A DNA stretch of 43,024 nt from an uncultured archaeon (GCA_964551725.1 CAZKED010000004.1:37326-80349); one strand, 5' to 3'; numbered from the stretch's first letter, positions 1-9,268 are shown. Numbers and translations: made by a program. The notes: generated by a model not told the origin, from the letters alone.

Positions 1-73
1 CTATTCCCATTGCTACTAGGAGTAGGAGTATTGTTGCTATTAACGGGCTCACTCCTCTGTCTCCGATATCCAT
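1..73 (-). CDS. Archaeal type IV pilin, 5' part only (runs off the window start); absent from the ORF track
   Basis: The reverse strand reads ATG at 73-71: MDIGDRG/VSPLIATILLLLVAMGI..., a class III signal peptide, with a GGTGA RBS upstream. The hydrophobic segment is identical to that of the pilin at 123-557. Confidence 0.85.
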   Translation of the reverse strand, partial: MDIGDRGVSPLIATILLLLVAMGI

Positions 74-542
74 TGTCCAATCACCTTTCTTTAATAGGTT
101 TCAACTTGTGAAAATTTTTCATTCACGCCGGGCAGCTGTCTGTTGAGTCCTTTACTCCTGAGCACGAATAGGACTGAACTTTGACTGTGCTTGGCGCTGC
201 TGTTGCTGTTCCGGCGATTACCCCGAATGCTCCCGCCAGCAGGTCGTTTCCGTCCTTTATCTGGCTTGCGCTTCCGTCCGAGTACTGCACGTTTACCCAG
301 AAGTCGTTTATGTCAATTGAACCGGTGTTCTCGAGCTTCACCCTAACAATACTGTTGGCGCTTTCGTAACTGCATGAGAGTATTTTGAATGATGCTTTGC
401 TGCAGTCTGCGAGTTCTTGCGAGGTTGTCGCTGCCGTGCTTGTTTGTTCTGTTGTGTATTCTTGCATGAATCCCCATACTAGTGCGCCTATTCCCATTGC
501 TACTAGGAGTAGGAGTATTGTTGCTATTAACGGGCTCACTCC
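1..542. repeat. 55-bp exact direct repeat (1-55 and 488-542) encoding the pilin N-terminal helix
   Basis: ctattcccattgctactaggagtaggagtattgttgctattaacgggctcactcc occurs at 1-55 and 488-542. It may extend beyond the window start. Confidence 0.95.
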
Positions 543-557
543 CTTTTCGTTCACCAT
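123..557 (-). CDS. Archaeal type IV pilin / archaellin-like N-terminal domain protein
   Basis: Class III signal peptide KG/VSPLIATILLLLVA, followed by a Ser/Thr-rich beta domain with Cys pairs and an ENTG motif; GGTGA RBS. Confidence 0.9.
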   Translation of the reverse strand: MVNEKGVSPLIATILLLLVAMGIGALVWGFMQEYTTEQTSTAATTSQELADCSKASFKILSCSYESANSIVRVKLENTGSIDINDFWVNVQYSDGSASQIKDGNDLLAGAFGVIAGTATAAPSTVKVQSYSCSGVKDSTDSCPA

Positions 558-812
558 ATATCACCCCTGCTGCATTTTGTTCCATTGCTTTCTTTTTAAG
601 CAAAACGTGGAAATAATAGCGTTAAACTCATTTAAATACCTTTGGTTTTCGGGAGGAGAATGCTGCTCTGCATTGCATGCTGCTTTTTTTTGCACAATTC
701 AACATGTTTTTTTCCTTTTTCCCGCCTTTGCTCTCCTGCAAAACCTTTTTATTTGGGAAAAGAGTAATAGAATGGAAACAGCCAAGTTTAAGCAAAGGAA
801 AAGTGTTTTTGA

Positions 813-2033
813 ATGAAAGGCGCAAAATTCTGCATTTTATTTCTTGCATTGCTCCTCTCTTTCTTGGGAGCGAATGCCGCAGCGCCTTCCGTGACACTTG
901 TCTTCCCCCAGGCAGGGCATTACGTTTCAAGCGACGCGAACGTCATTTTCAACGTGCAGGACGCCGACAACAACGAACTGCACTTAAAAATTGCCTATTC
1001 CGAAACCGCGGGAGCATTCGCCAACACAATTGTTTCCGACCTGAACCTTGACGATTATGCAGACCTCCCCAGTCTTGACTGCGACGACTCGAACTGGGAG
1101 GATTCAACCAGGTGCATTTACAGCTGGACAATCGGGGAAATAACCGACGGAAACTATTTCATTGACCTGAACGTTTGGGATTCCGATTACAATGCCCAGG
1201 ATTCAAGTAATGCAAGTTTCATGGTCGACCAGAACGCTCCGGCCACAAGCGACAATGCTCCAGGCGGATGGCAGTCCAATCCTGTCACTGTGACCTTTTC
1301 TTGCCAGGACGGCGCGGGCGAAAGCGACTGCAATTTTTCACGCTACAGTGTTGACTACGAGGGCTGGAGCACGGGGAGCAGCGTGCGGGTTTCAGGGGAC
1401 GGCAACCATTCAGTTCGGTATTATTCAGTGGACAGAGCCGGCAATGTGGAGTCAGTGCGCACAACCTATGCCGCAATCCTCGGAGGCGACCACAATTTTT
1501 CCATCGGCTTGATAATGGACGGCAACTACCGCGACTACAATGTGAAGATTCCCGGCTTTGTTTCAGACCAGAACGTGCAGCAGACTTCAACGCAAACAAT
1601 TACAAGCTCAAACAGGATTGATTACGCCGCATTCCAGGGCACGAGCGATATTTTCGGCATTGTTCCCAGCGACCCAGTGTTCCATGTGGACATCACAAAC
1701 GTGAATCCCGGCACTTTCAACATTTACTTCCACCAGCGCTATGACACCAATACAAAAAGGGAAATATGGGCAATGCATGGAAACTGCATTTTTTCCTACC
1801 TGGATTCAATGATGGTGATGGTGAGGAATTACACTTTCCTCACGCAGAGGAAAGAGCCAGCTTTCTGCTTTGGCGAGGATGCGGAGTACGAAATAACCGT
1901 CGGACTGGACTACTATGGGTCGGACGTTGACATTAACGGAGACCTGAGGCTGCCGAAGGGCGGGCACAATATCACAATCTCGAACGCCGGCGTGGTAAAC
2001 GACAAGGTTGTATTGAATTTTGAGACTTCTTGA
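813..2033 (+). CDS. Secreted/surface protein with Ig-like beta-sandwich domains
   Basis: N-terminal signal peptide (KFCILFLALLLSFLGANA). Asp/Asn/Ser-rich, with motifs ITDGNYFIDLNVWD and DGNHSVRYYSVDRAGNVE typical of Ig-like surface repeats. Confidence 0.7.
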   Translation: MKGAKFCILFLALLLSFLGANAAAPSVTLVFPQAGHYVSSDANVIFNVQDADNNELHLKIAYSETAGAFANTIVSDLNLDDYADLPSLDCDDSNWEDSTRCIYSWTIGEITDGNYFIDLNVWDSDYNAQDSSNASFMVDQNAPATSDNAPGGWQSNPVTVTFSCQDGAGESDCNFSRYSVDYEGWSTGSSVRVSGDGNHSVRYYSVDRAGNVESVRTTYAAILGGDHNFSIGLIMDGNYRDYNVKIPGFVSDQNVQQTSTQTITSSNRIDYAAFQGTSDIFGIVPSDPVFHVDITNVNPGTFNIYFHQRYDTNTKREIWAMHGNCIFSYLDSMMVMVRNYTFLTQRKEPAFCFGEDAEYEITVGLDYYGSDVDINGDLRLPKGGHNITISNAGVVNDKVVLNFETS

Positions 2034-2111
2034 CAGGATTTGCTGTTTTTCATTTTAGCGGAATTCCGCTTTGACTACATTTAAAAACCCCTTTTTTCTT
2101 ATTATTTCCCT

Positions 2112-3185
2112 ATGGGCAGTTTTCTTGACTCTGCAATAGATTCCGCGATTGCGGCGGAGAAAAAAAGGAAAAAAACTGCCGCGGCAATGACGCCTTTTGC
2201 GCGGAAGGAATTGAAAAATTCCGGAATGCCGGAAAGCAGAATAGTTTTGCCTGTGAAAAAGCATTTGCTCAACGAGAGAATTGCGGGCGTTGACTCCGGC
2301 TTTGTGGGGAAAAACCTCTATTCCCTTGACATTCTGCTCGTTAGGGCGCGCTCAGCAATCTTCACTTACTCCCGGGGAAAGCTCTCCAAATCCGAATACT
2401 TCCCGCTCTTTGCGTCCTTTCCGGAGCCCTTAATAAGCAATGCGGCACTGGAAAAATCCGACATTTCAACAAACAAATCACTGCAGCGCCTCAAAAAGGA
2501 AATAACACTCGCGGAAAAAGTGGTTGAGGAATTTTCTCCCCGGTACTGTTTTTTGGACGGTTCAATCGTGCCGCAGCACGCCGACAAGCCGAGGGAGAAT
2601 TCCAAAATGAAGCCATTTTATTTGGAGGTAATACGCTGCTTTGAATCGCTCTTCGAAACAGCGGAAGAAAAAAAATGCGACCTCGTTGCGTGCGTTGAGG
2701 ATTCAAGGGGAACGCGCTTCGGGGGCATTCTCCAGGAATGCCTTTCCGGCAGAATTCCCGGGCTTGACGCATTGAACGAATGCTATGATTCGGCAATACT
2801 CAACTATCTGCTCGGGGAATCGGAGCGCACTTTCGCTTTCCCGTATGCTTCAAATGCGAATGTGCATCCAGTGCTCAAGGATTTTTCGAAAACATGGGCA
2901 GAGAGAGTGCATGTGCTCTACCTGAAGCCGTCAGCGCTCGACAGACCATTGCGAATTGAATTCCTTTCCGAGAAAAGCAGGGTTGCGGAAAAAGCGGAAA
3001 AGCTCTCCGCCGTGGCGTTCGCTCTAAGCTCGATGCACCGCTCTTACGCGTATCCCAGCGTTCTTATAGAAGCGGATTTAAGGGCGAGACTCAAGCCCGA
3101 AGAAATAAATGTTGTTTGCGACAAAATATTTGACAGACTGGGCAGGCATTTTTTGGGTCTGAGAAGGGAAGCAAGACCGTTCTGA
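2112..3185 (+). CDS. nurA: NurA-family 5'-3' nuclease
   Basis: IAGVDSG and FLDGSI acidic motifs, C-terminal YAYPSVLIEAD motif; lies directly upstream of herA. Confidence 0.85.
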   Translation: MGSFLDSAIDSAIAAEKKRKKTAAAMTPFARKELKNSGMPESRIVLPVKKHLLNERIAGVDSGFVGKNLYSLDILLVRARSAIFTYSRGKLSKSEYFPLFASFPEPLISNAALEKSDISTNKSLQRLKKEITLAEKVVEEFSPRYCFLDGSIVPQHADKPRENSKMKPFYLEVIRCFESLFETAEEKKCDLVACVEDSRGTRFGGILQECLSGRIPGLDALNECYDSAILNYLLGESERTFAFPYASNANVHPVLKDFSKTWAERVHVLYLKPSALDRPLRIEFLSEKSRVAEKAEKLSAVAFALSSMHRSYAYPSVLIEADLRARLKPEEINVVCDKIFDRLGRHFLGLRREARPF

Positions 3186-3190
3186 ATGGT

Positions 3191-4747
3191 GTGGCAATGA
3201 AAAAAGAAAAAAAGGAAAAAGAAGAAATCGGCACGATTATTTCCACGATGGATTCGCCCTCGCCGAGCAGGATGAACTTTGTTGTTTCCCAAGGCATTGT
3301 ACACCGAGGGCAGTTTGTTGAAGCGGATTATTCCGAGGGAACGCTCATTTCGCTTGTTACAAACGTGGTGAAAACGAACAAGTATTTTGAGAGGGCTGAC
3401 TCGGTGAAAGAATTCGAAGCCAGGGGTTCCGCGCTCTTCGAACAGTTTCCCACTTCAGAGTGGGAATACCTTGTGGCGGAAACAAAGCCACTCGGAGTTT
3501 TCACGGAGGAAAAAATCGCGCGCTCCACTTTCCCGCCATCGCCGGGAACAAAGGTTCGCATTGCGGGAAATGAAAACCTCAAAAGTTTCTTCAGGTTTGA
3601 CACCGACTCAGGCTTAATGCTCGGAAGAGTGCAGTTCCACGATTTGGATGTTTGCCTGAACATGACCCGCCTGCTCAAGAAGCACCTGGCAATCCTTTCA
3701 ATAAGCGGTTCCGGAAAAAGTTATGCAACCAGTGTCCTCTTCGAAGAACTCCTGGACAGAAAAAAAGAGCACGGAAGGATTGCGTGCATAGTGCTTGACC
3801 CTCACGGGGAATACAGTTCATTTGCCGAGCCGGCGAAAAAGCCCCATGCCGATTACAGCGACAGGAGCCGCATAGTCAGGGGAAGAAACATACGCATCGG
3901 TGTGTCGAGCTTGAGCATCGGAATTCTTGCGGGAATAATTCCGGGGCTGAGCGCTGCGCAAAAAAGGGACTTGGACGAGATATTTTCAGAACTGCGCTCG
4001 GAAATGAAAGAAGGAAAAGGCCCTTTCGATTTCTCAGAAGTAAAGGAAGCAATACAGAAAAGCGAAAAAATAAAAAAGAACACAAAAGCCCCATTACTCG
4101 GCTGGTTGTCGGAACTCAGCGCGATGCGCTTGTTCGGAAAGGTGAGTTCCCCGAGTTTGCCTGATTTGGTGAACCCCGGCACTCTTACGATTATTGACCT
4201 CTCGGACATAATAAACATTCGCAAAAAGCAGATAATCGTGAGCCATTTTGCAAAGAAATTGTTCGAGGAACGCAGAAAAAAGTTCGTTCCGCCGTTTCTG
4301 CTCGTTCTGGAGGAAGCCCACCAGTTCGCGCCCGAGCAGGCGGCAAAGGAAACAGCGATTTCACGCAGCATCATTCGGACAATTGCAAGGGAAGGAAGGA
4401 AATTCGGCGCTTCCCTTTGCCTTATCTCCCAGAGACCGGTGCAGCTGGACACCACTGCCTTATCGCAATGCAATACTAAACTCATTCTCCGTGTGACGAA
4501 CCCCTATGATCTGAAGCATTTGGCTGAATCGGCAGAAGCTCTCGACCAGAGAAGCATGGACATGATTACCTCGCTGCAGGTGGGGGAAGCACTAATTATC
4601 GGGGAAGCCGTGAACTATCCCCTTTTCTTCAAGGTGCGGGAGCGCAAGTCCGCTCCAAGCAAGCACGAAATTTCCTTGGAAGAAGCCGCCAAAAAATTCG
4701 AGGAAGCGCAGTCCGCAAAGGACAAAGAGACCGAGCAGTTTCTCTGA
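3191..4747 (+). CDS. herA: HerA bipolar DNA helicase/translocase (FtsK-HerA ATPase); start may be ATG 3197
   Basis: N-terminal HAS-barrel-like region, Walker A SGSGKS, DPHGEY, Walker B LEEAHQF, REGRKFG and SQRP motifs. Confidence 0.92.
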   Translation: MAMKKEKKEKEEIGTIISTMDSPSPSRMNFVVSQGIVHRGQFVEADYSEGTLISLVTNVVKTNKYFERADSVKEFEARGSALFEQFPTSEWEYLVAETKPLGVFTEEKIARSTFPPSPGTKVRIAGNENLKSFFRFDTDSGLMLGRVQFHDLDVCLNMTRLLKKHLAILSISGSGKSYATSVLFEELLDRKKEHGRIACIVLDPHGEYSSFAEPAKKPHADYSDRSRIVRGRNIRIGVSSLSIGILAGIIPGLSAAQKRDLDEIFSELRSEMKEGKGPFDFSEVKEAIQKSEKIKKNTKAPLLGWLSELSAMRLFGKVSSPSLPDLVNPGTLTIIDLSDIINIRKKQIIVSHFAKKLFEERRKKFVPPFLLVLEEAHQFAPEQAAKETAISRSIIRTIAREGRKFGASLCLISQRPVQLDTTALSQCNTKLILRVTNPYDLKHLAESAEALDQRSMDMITSLQVGEALIIGEAVNYPLFFKVRERKSAPSKHEISLEEAAKKFEEAQSAKDKETEQFL

Positions 4748-4820
4748 CAATGTTTCAAGTTTAGGGGAAACCCGCTCTCTCAGCACCTTTTTAAAGCCGG
4801 AAAGAGCATTTTTTACTGAA

Positions 4821-6071
4821 ATGGCTCTCAACACGTTTTACCTGGAAAGAACCGAATACTCGGAAGAAAGGAGGGAAGTGGAAGTAAAATTCAGGGGAAT
4901 GGGTAAAAGCAGGTTCAGGAAATTCGCCTTCTTTCCCTCCATGAAATTTCCCTTCCCGAAAAAGAAAGAGAGTGCGCTTTCCGAAATTCTCGCTCATTAT
5001 GACCCCGAAACCTTTTCCATGTCGAGGGACGGCAATTGTGCAGTTGTTACGGCCGCCACTTTTTCTCAATTGAAAAAACTGCACAAATTGCTCTCCCTTT
5101 CCCTCCAAAAAGCAATTTCGCTGATTGAACCCGAAAGGCAGTTTTTGCTCCAGAAAAAATGGAATTACTTCGACATCTTCACAATAAATTCCCCGCTCAG
5201 GCATTACCCTCTCGCTTCGGACTCCGAGCGCGGCGTTTCAGTGCTTGAAAAGATTCTGGGCGGAGAACTGGGCGAAAGCGCTCTCCGAAAAATAGCGCTT
5301 TCGAACGTTCTTGGAATCCCTTTGGAATCGGTTCCCGAAAGAAACTGGGAAAAGGGCGAGTTGTTCCTTGAAAATTCTCTCTTTCTCTTCCTCGGAAAAG
5401 TTCCAAAGAATGCCGTGCCTTCCGCTTCACTGCTCTCCGGATTAAGCGTTGGCCCGGACACAATCGACTGCGAGTGCTGCAAGCCTGCCTCGCTTTATGA
5501 AAGGAATGTCCTTCCCACTTCCACTGTACAGGTTGAATTTCTCGCCGACGGCTTTTACTTCCAGTCCTTTTTTCCGGCATTCGCCTGGGCATTCCACAAT
5601 TCGCATGCAAAAAAAGACGCAAGGATGCGCAGGAAAAAAGAATTCTGTCTTCCCGGCTTTCCTGTCGGACCTTTCTTCTCCCGCCAAAGGGAAACGATTC
5701 CCCTGGCTGATGCGAAAAAAATCTCAAGGGAAGGGTTTGCAAGGATTGACGGAAAAAGCACAGAATTCCACTGGTTCTGCATGAAAAAAGAATCCCTTTT
5801 TTACAATGCGATTAAAAGAAGCGCAATGGAGAGAAAACAGCTCGAGGAAAAAATTTCAAAAATTGAAAGGAACGCATTTGTGAGAAACGGTCTTGGGGCG
5901 TTCACGCTCCTCAACAGTTCCTCCAGTCTTTCAATGCTCAGGGCATTCGCAAAGGCGCGTAAGAGCCTTGAAAATGCTGCCCTAGACTGCCTGGAAAAAA
6001 AGAACAGTGATTTTTTAGGTCCGGGACCAGCAGCGGAGTCCGGACAGGCAAAAGCAGGCAGGGCGTGCTGA
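4821..6071 (+). CDS. Degenerate (predicted inactive) family B DNA polymerase-like protein
   Basis: Colinear remnants of PolB: N-terminal domain (IEPERQFLLQK ~ DIPFxxRYLID), LSNVLGIPLESV, SVGPDTIDCECC (~N[IV]SPDT), HWFCMKKE...ERKQLEEKI. No DxxSLYPS, no YGDTDS, no exonuclease motifs. Confidence 0.6.
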   Translation: MALNTFYLERTEYSEERREVEVKFRGMGKSRFRKFAFFPSMKFPFPKKKESALSEILAHYDPETFSMSRDGNCAVVTAATFSQLKKLHKLLSLSLQKAISLIEPERQFLLQKKWNYFDIFTINSPLRHYPLASDSERGVSVLEKILGGELGESALRKIALSNVLGIPLESVPERNWEKGELFLENSLFLFLGKVPKNAVPSASLLSGLSVGPDTIDCECCKPASLYERNVLPTSTVQVEFLADGFYFQSFFPAFAWAFHNSHAKKDARMRRKKEFCLPGFPVGPFFSRQRETIPLADAKKISREGFARIDGKSTEFHWFCMKKESLFYNAIKRSAMERKQLEEKISKIERNAFVRNGLGAFTLLNSSSSLSMLRAFAKARKSLENAALDCLEKKNSDFLGPGPAAESGQAKAGRAC

Positions 6072-6147
6072 GATTAACTTTTTTAATCCTTTCCCTGCAC
6101 TAATTGGTAGTAACTTTTTTTGTGAATCCCTGCTGTTTGGTGTTTTA

Positions 6148-6354
6148 ATGGACAAAATAACAAGGTTTGAAATAACGCGCTTGATTAGTGCACGGGCTTT
6201 ACAGCTTTCACTGGGCGCTCCTCCCCTTGTAAAGCCAAGGGACGATTCAACTTCTTATGCTTTGGCAAAAGAGGAACTCGCCAAAGGCATACTTCCAATG
6301 TGCGTTATCAGGAGAATGCCTGACGGGAGCACTAAAAAAATAGAGGCAAACTGA
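6148..6354 (+). CDS. rpoK: DNA-directed RNA polymerase subunit K (Rpo6)
   Basis: TRFEITRLISARALQLSLGAP...EL..GILP..IRR..PDG signature. Confidence 0.95.
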   Translation: MDKITRFEITRLISARALQLSLGAPPLVKPRDDSTSYALAKEELAKGILPMCVIRRMPDGSTKKIEAN

Positions 6355-6364
6355 GTGGTTTTTG

Positions 6365-6589
6365 ATGGGCAAGGCAGTACCAAAAGCAGTGAAGCAGCGC
6401 GCAAAAACATTGCTGGAAAAATATTCCGAGTCGTTCAGTGATGATTTTGAAAAAAACAAGGCGGCTTTGCGCGAACTGAATCTGCCTTTTTCAAAGGTAG
6501 AGCAGAACCTCATGGCTGGCTTTATTTCAAGAAAGCTTTCAAAGTCAAGGAAAAAAGTCAGCGCAGGGGAACGAGTTCCGCGCGGGTGA
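6365..6589 (+). CDS. rps17e: 30S ribosomal protein S17e
   Basis: MGKAVPKAVKQRAKTLLEKY...F..DFEKNK...N.MAGFISR; ATG at 6365. Confidence 0.9.
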   Translation: MGKAVPKAVKQRAKTLLEKYSESFSDDFEKNKAALRELNLPFSKVEQNLMAGFISRKLSKSRKKVSAGERVPRG

Positions 6590-8957
6590 TTCCCTCTCTT
6601 TCCCCGCTTCTTTTGAGCATGTAAAGCGATGCATTCGCGGCTTTCTCCATTTCCTTATCATGCGTTATGAGAAAAACCTGCTCCACTATTTTCGGAAGTT
6701 CCCCGCGCATCATTTCGCTCAGCCTGCTTACGGCGTTCTCGTCTAGGTTGTGGGTCGGCTCGTCGAGAATAATCCATCCCAGGTTTCTAGCAAGCACGAG
6801 AGAGAAAGCGATCCTCAGGGTAACTGCAGCAGCGCTCCTTTCCCCGCCGCTTAGCGTTCCCTCAATGTTCACCCATTTTCCCGCGGGGGTTTTTGCTTTG
6901 AGCAGATAGTTTCCTTGGCTTATTTCGATTTTGGCGCTCTCGTAGTCCCTGTAAGGATACACTTTTTTCCACAGGCTTTCCATTGCGCTGTTTATTGTTT
7001 CAATCAGGGAGGCGCGCAGTTCCGCCTGCGCTGCCTTCAGCGCGTTGACGAAAAGCGCCATTTTTTCATCCACGGAGCGCAGCGCGCTTATTTTTCTCCC
7101 AAGTCTTTCAATCAGCTCTTTTGTTTTTTCCAGTTCTTTTTCCCTTTTTCCCTTTTCCTCCAGGAGGCTTTTCGAGGAGCGTATTCCCTCAAGCAGTGAA
7201 CTGAGTCTTTCTCTTTTTTCCACGATTTTTTTCTCCATTTTCAGTGCCTTTTCCTCGTCGAACTCCAGTTCCGCAATTTTCTTTTCTGTTTCTTTCTGCT
7301 CCTTTTCCATTCCGCTGATTTCTTCAAACCTTTTGATTCCTTCAAGCGCCCTTTCAATTCTTTCCAGTTCTTTCCTTTTTTCCTCGAGCTGTTTTTCGCC
7401 GGCGGACTCTTCAAGCTCTCCTTTCCTCTCCCGCGCGGATTTGGTTTCCTTTTCCCCCAGCCGGAGTTTTTTTCCTATTTCCTCCGTTCTTTCAACGGTT
7501 TCAGCCAGGTTTTCAATTATTGTCCTCCTCTCGTTCAGCTCTTCCGCTTCCCTTTCCGCTTCCTCCTCCTTTTTCCTTATTTCCTTTTCTTTTTCGGAGA
7601 GGGCTTTCCGTTCCCTTTCGCTTTTTTCGATTTCCTCCCCCAGTTTGCCTATGAGTTCCTTTTTTTCCCGTATGAGTTCTTCCCTTGTTTTTGTTTTAAG
7701 TTCAGTCCTGCACAGCGGGCACTTTGCCCCGGACTTTTCCAGATGCTGCAGCAGCTGCATTTCCTCTTTCTTCCTTTTATCGCTGAATGCCTTCTTTTCC
7801 TCAATCGCCGAGATTTTGCCCAGGGCATCTTCGGTTTGTTTTTTCAAAACCCCTCTTTTTTCTGCATTTCCCTTTATTTTTTCCCGCAGTTTCTTTTTCT
7901 CTCTCTCTATGTTCTCCTTGCTTTCCATTCCCTTGGGAATTCTCGCGCTTAGGGTTTTTTTCTCCCCGAGCAAAAGTTCAGTGCGGGCTCTGATTTCCCT
8001 GAGTTTTGTTTCGGTTTCCCTGAGTTCCTTTGCCTTTTCTTCCAGGCAGGCGAGTTCTTCCGCCAGTTCCTTTCCTTTCGTTTCAATGCTCTCTTTTTTT
8101 TCCAAGCCCAGTTTTTCCCCGTATTCCTTTTCAATTCCCTTTATTTCCTCTCCAAGTGCCTGAATCCTGCTTTTTATGGAAATGCTTTTCTCTCTGAGCG
8201 AGTTGAATTTTTCCCTTTTTTTACGCAGTTCCTCTGCGCTTTTTTCCTCTTCAGAGAGTTCCTTTTCCCTTTCTTCTGCGCTTTTTTCCCGTCCGGCAAC
8301 GCTTTCCCTTAATTCCGAGATTTCCTTTTCCAGGGAAAGCAGTTCCTTTTCGCTGAATCCTTCCCTAATGCTTTTGAGCTGCGCGTTTCTCTCCTCCGCA
8401 ATCCTTTTAATAGTGTTTTTAACGCTTACAGCGTTTTTTCTCGCTTTTTCATATTTGTCCAGTTCCAGCAATTCGTCGAATTTTTCCTTTCTCTTCAGGG
8501 GGCTCAAGCGCAGAAAGTAGTCCATTTGGTTCTGCTCCGAGTAAACTGCACGCGAGAACAATTCGTAGTTCAGTTCAATCTCCCTTTCAACCGCTTCGCT
8601 TACATCGCTCACTTTGGGTCCTGCAATGAGCGTTCCGTTCCTGTAGAGTTTCCCCTCGTTTGTTTTTTTCCCGCGGAACACAATCCGCTCCACCCTGTAC
8701 TCTTTTCCAGCGTAGGCGAAATCCATTTCCACTTCCGCGCTCTCTTCCACCGAGGGCTTGTCCATTATGACTGAATCTAGCTCTGCCTCCCTTCTCTGCA
8801 GCGCGGGAAACGTTCCGAACAATGCAAAGCACAATGCATCCATTGCACTGCTTTTCCCGGAGCCCATTCTCCCCACTAACACGTTTGTTCCAGCGCCGAA
8901 TTCGAACTCCGAGTCCTTGTGGGAACGCCAGTTCTTCAGCCTGAGCTTTTTAATCAT
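6558..8957 (-). CDS. rad50: Rad50 / SMC-like DNA double-strand break repair ATPase
   Basis: Walker A GRMGSGKSS, Q-loop, long coiled coils with a central CPLC zinc hook, LSGGE signature, ILDEPT Walker B, ITHD. Confidence 0.88.
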   Translation of the reverse strand: MIKKLRLKNWRSHKDSEFEFGAGTNVLVGRMGSGKSSAMDALCFALFGTFPALQRREAELDSVIMDKPSVEESAEVEMDFAYAGKEYRVERIVFRGKKTNEGKLYRNGTLIAGPKVSDVSEAVEREIELNYELFSRAVYSEQNQMDYFLRLSPLKRKEKFDELLELDKYEKARKNAVSVKNTIKRIAEERNAQLKSIREGFSEKELLSLEKEISELRESVAGREKSAEEREKELSEEEKSAEELRKKREKFNSLREKSISIKSRIQALGEEIKGIEKEYGEKLGLEKKESIETKGKELAEELACLEEKAKELRETETKLREIRARTELLLGEKKTLSARIPKGMESKENIEREKKKLREKIKGNAEKRGVLKKQTEDALGKISAIEEKKAFSDKRKKEEMQLLQHLEKSGAKCPLCRTELKTKTREELIREKKELIGKLGEEIEKSERERKALSEKEKEIRKKEEEAEREAEELNERRTIIENLAETVERTEEIGKKLRLGEKETKSARERKGELEESAGEKQLEEKRKELERIERALEGIKRFEEISGMEKEQKETEKKIAELEFDEEKALKMEKKIVEKRERLSSLLEGIRSSKSLLEEKGKREKELEKTKELIERLGRKISALRSVDEKMALFVNALKAAQAELRASLIETINSAMESLWKKVYPYRDYESAKIEISQGNYLLKAKTPAGKWVNIEGTLSGGERSAAAVTLRIAFSLVLARNLGWIILDEPTHNLDENAVSRLSEMMRGELPKIVEQVFLITHDKEMEKAANASLYMLKRSGEREGITRAELVPLR

Positions 8958-8992
8958 AGAAATAGTTAAAATGCGGAAATGTTAAATAAGAA

Positions 8993-9253
8993 TCAGAGCA
9001 GCGTCGTAGTTTCAACTTCCACTTCGTTCACTCCGGGAATCCCCTTGACTTCTTTTTCCAGGGAGCTCATTTCCCCTTCTTTCCTGTTTGCCAGCACAAC
9101 CCCGACTTTGAGTGCAAAAAGCCCGAACGCTATGGGCTCTTTCTTTATTTCCGCCACTTCCCCTGTTTTGAGACCTTTGAGCGCCCGCTCCACTTCGCCC
9201 TCCTTTCCGGGTTCGCTGGGAAAAACCTTGAGTACAACCATTACTTCGCCCAT
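8993..9253 (-). CDS. ef1b: Translation elongation factor 1-beta
   Basis: MGEVMVVLKVFP...EPIAFGLFALKV...GVNEVEV. Confidence 0.93.
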   Translation of the reverse strand: MGEVMVVLKVFPSEPGKEGEVERALKGLKTGEVAEIKKEPIAFGLFALKVGVVLANRKEGEMSSLEKEVKGIPGVNEVEVETTTLL

Positions 9254-9268
9254 TTTTCCACCCTCACT

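Noticed and set aside
4821-6071. N-terminal half of a split (intein trans-spliced) active PolB
   Set aside because: The motif A catalytic Asp and the exonuclease domain are absent from this half, and no intein N-terminal block is visible at its end.
7045-8163. 372-aa Ser/Phe-rich + strand ORF
   Set aside because: Antisense shadow of the Glu/Lys-rich Rad50 coiled coil.
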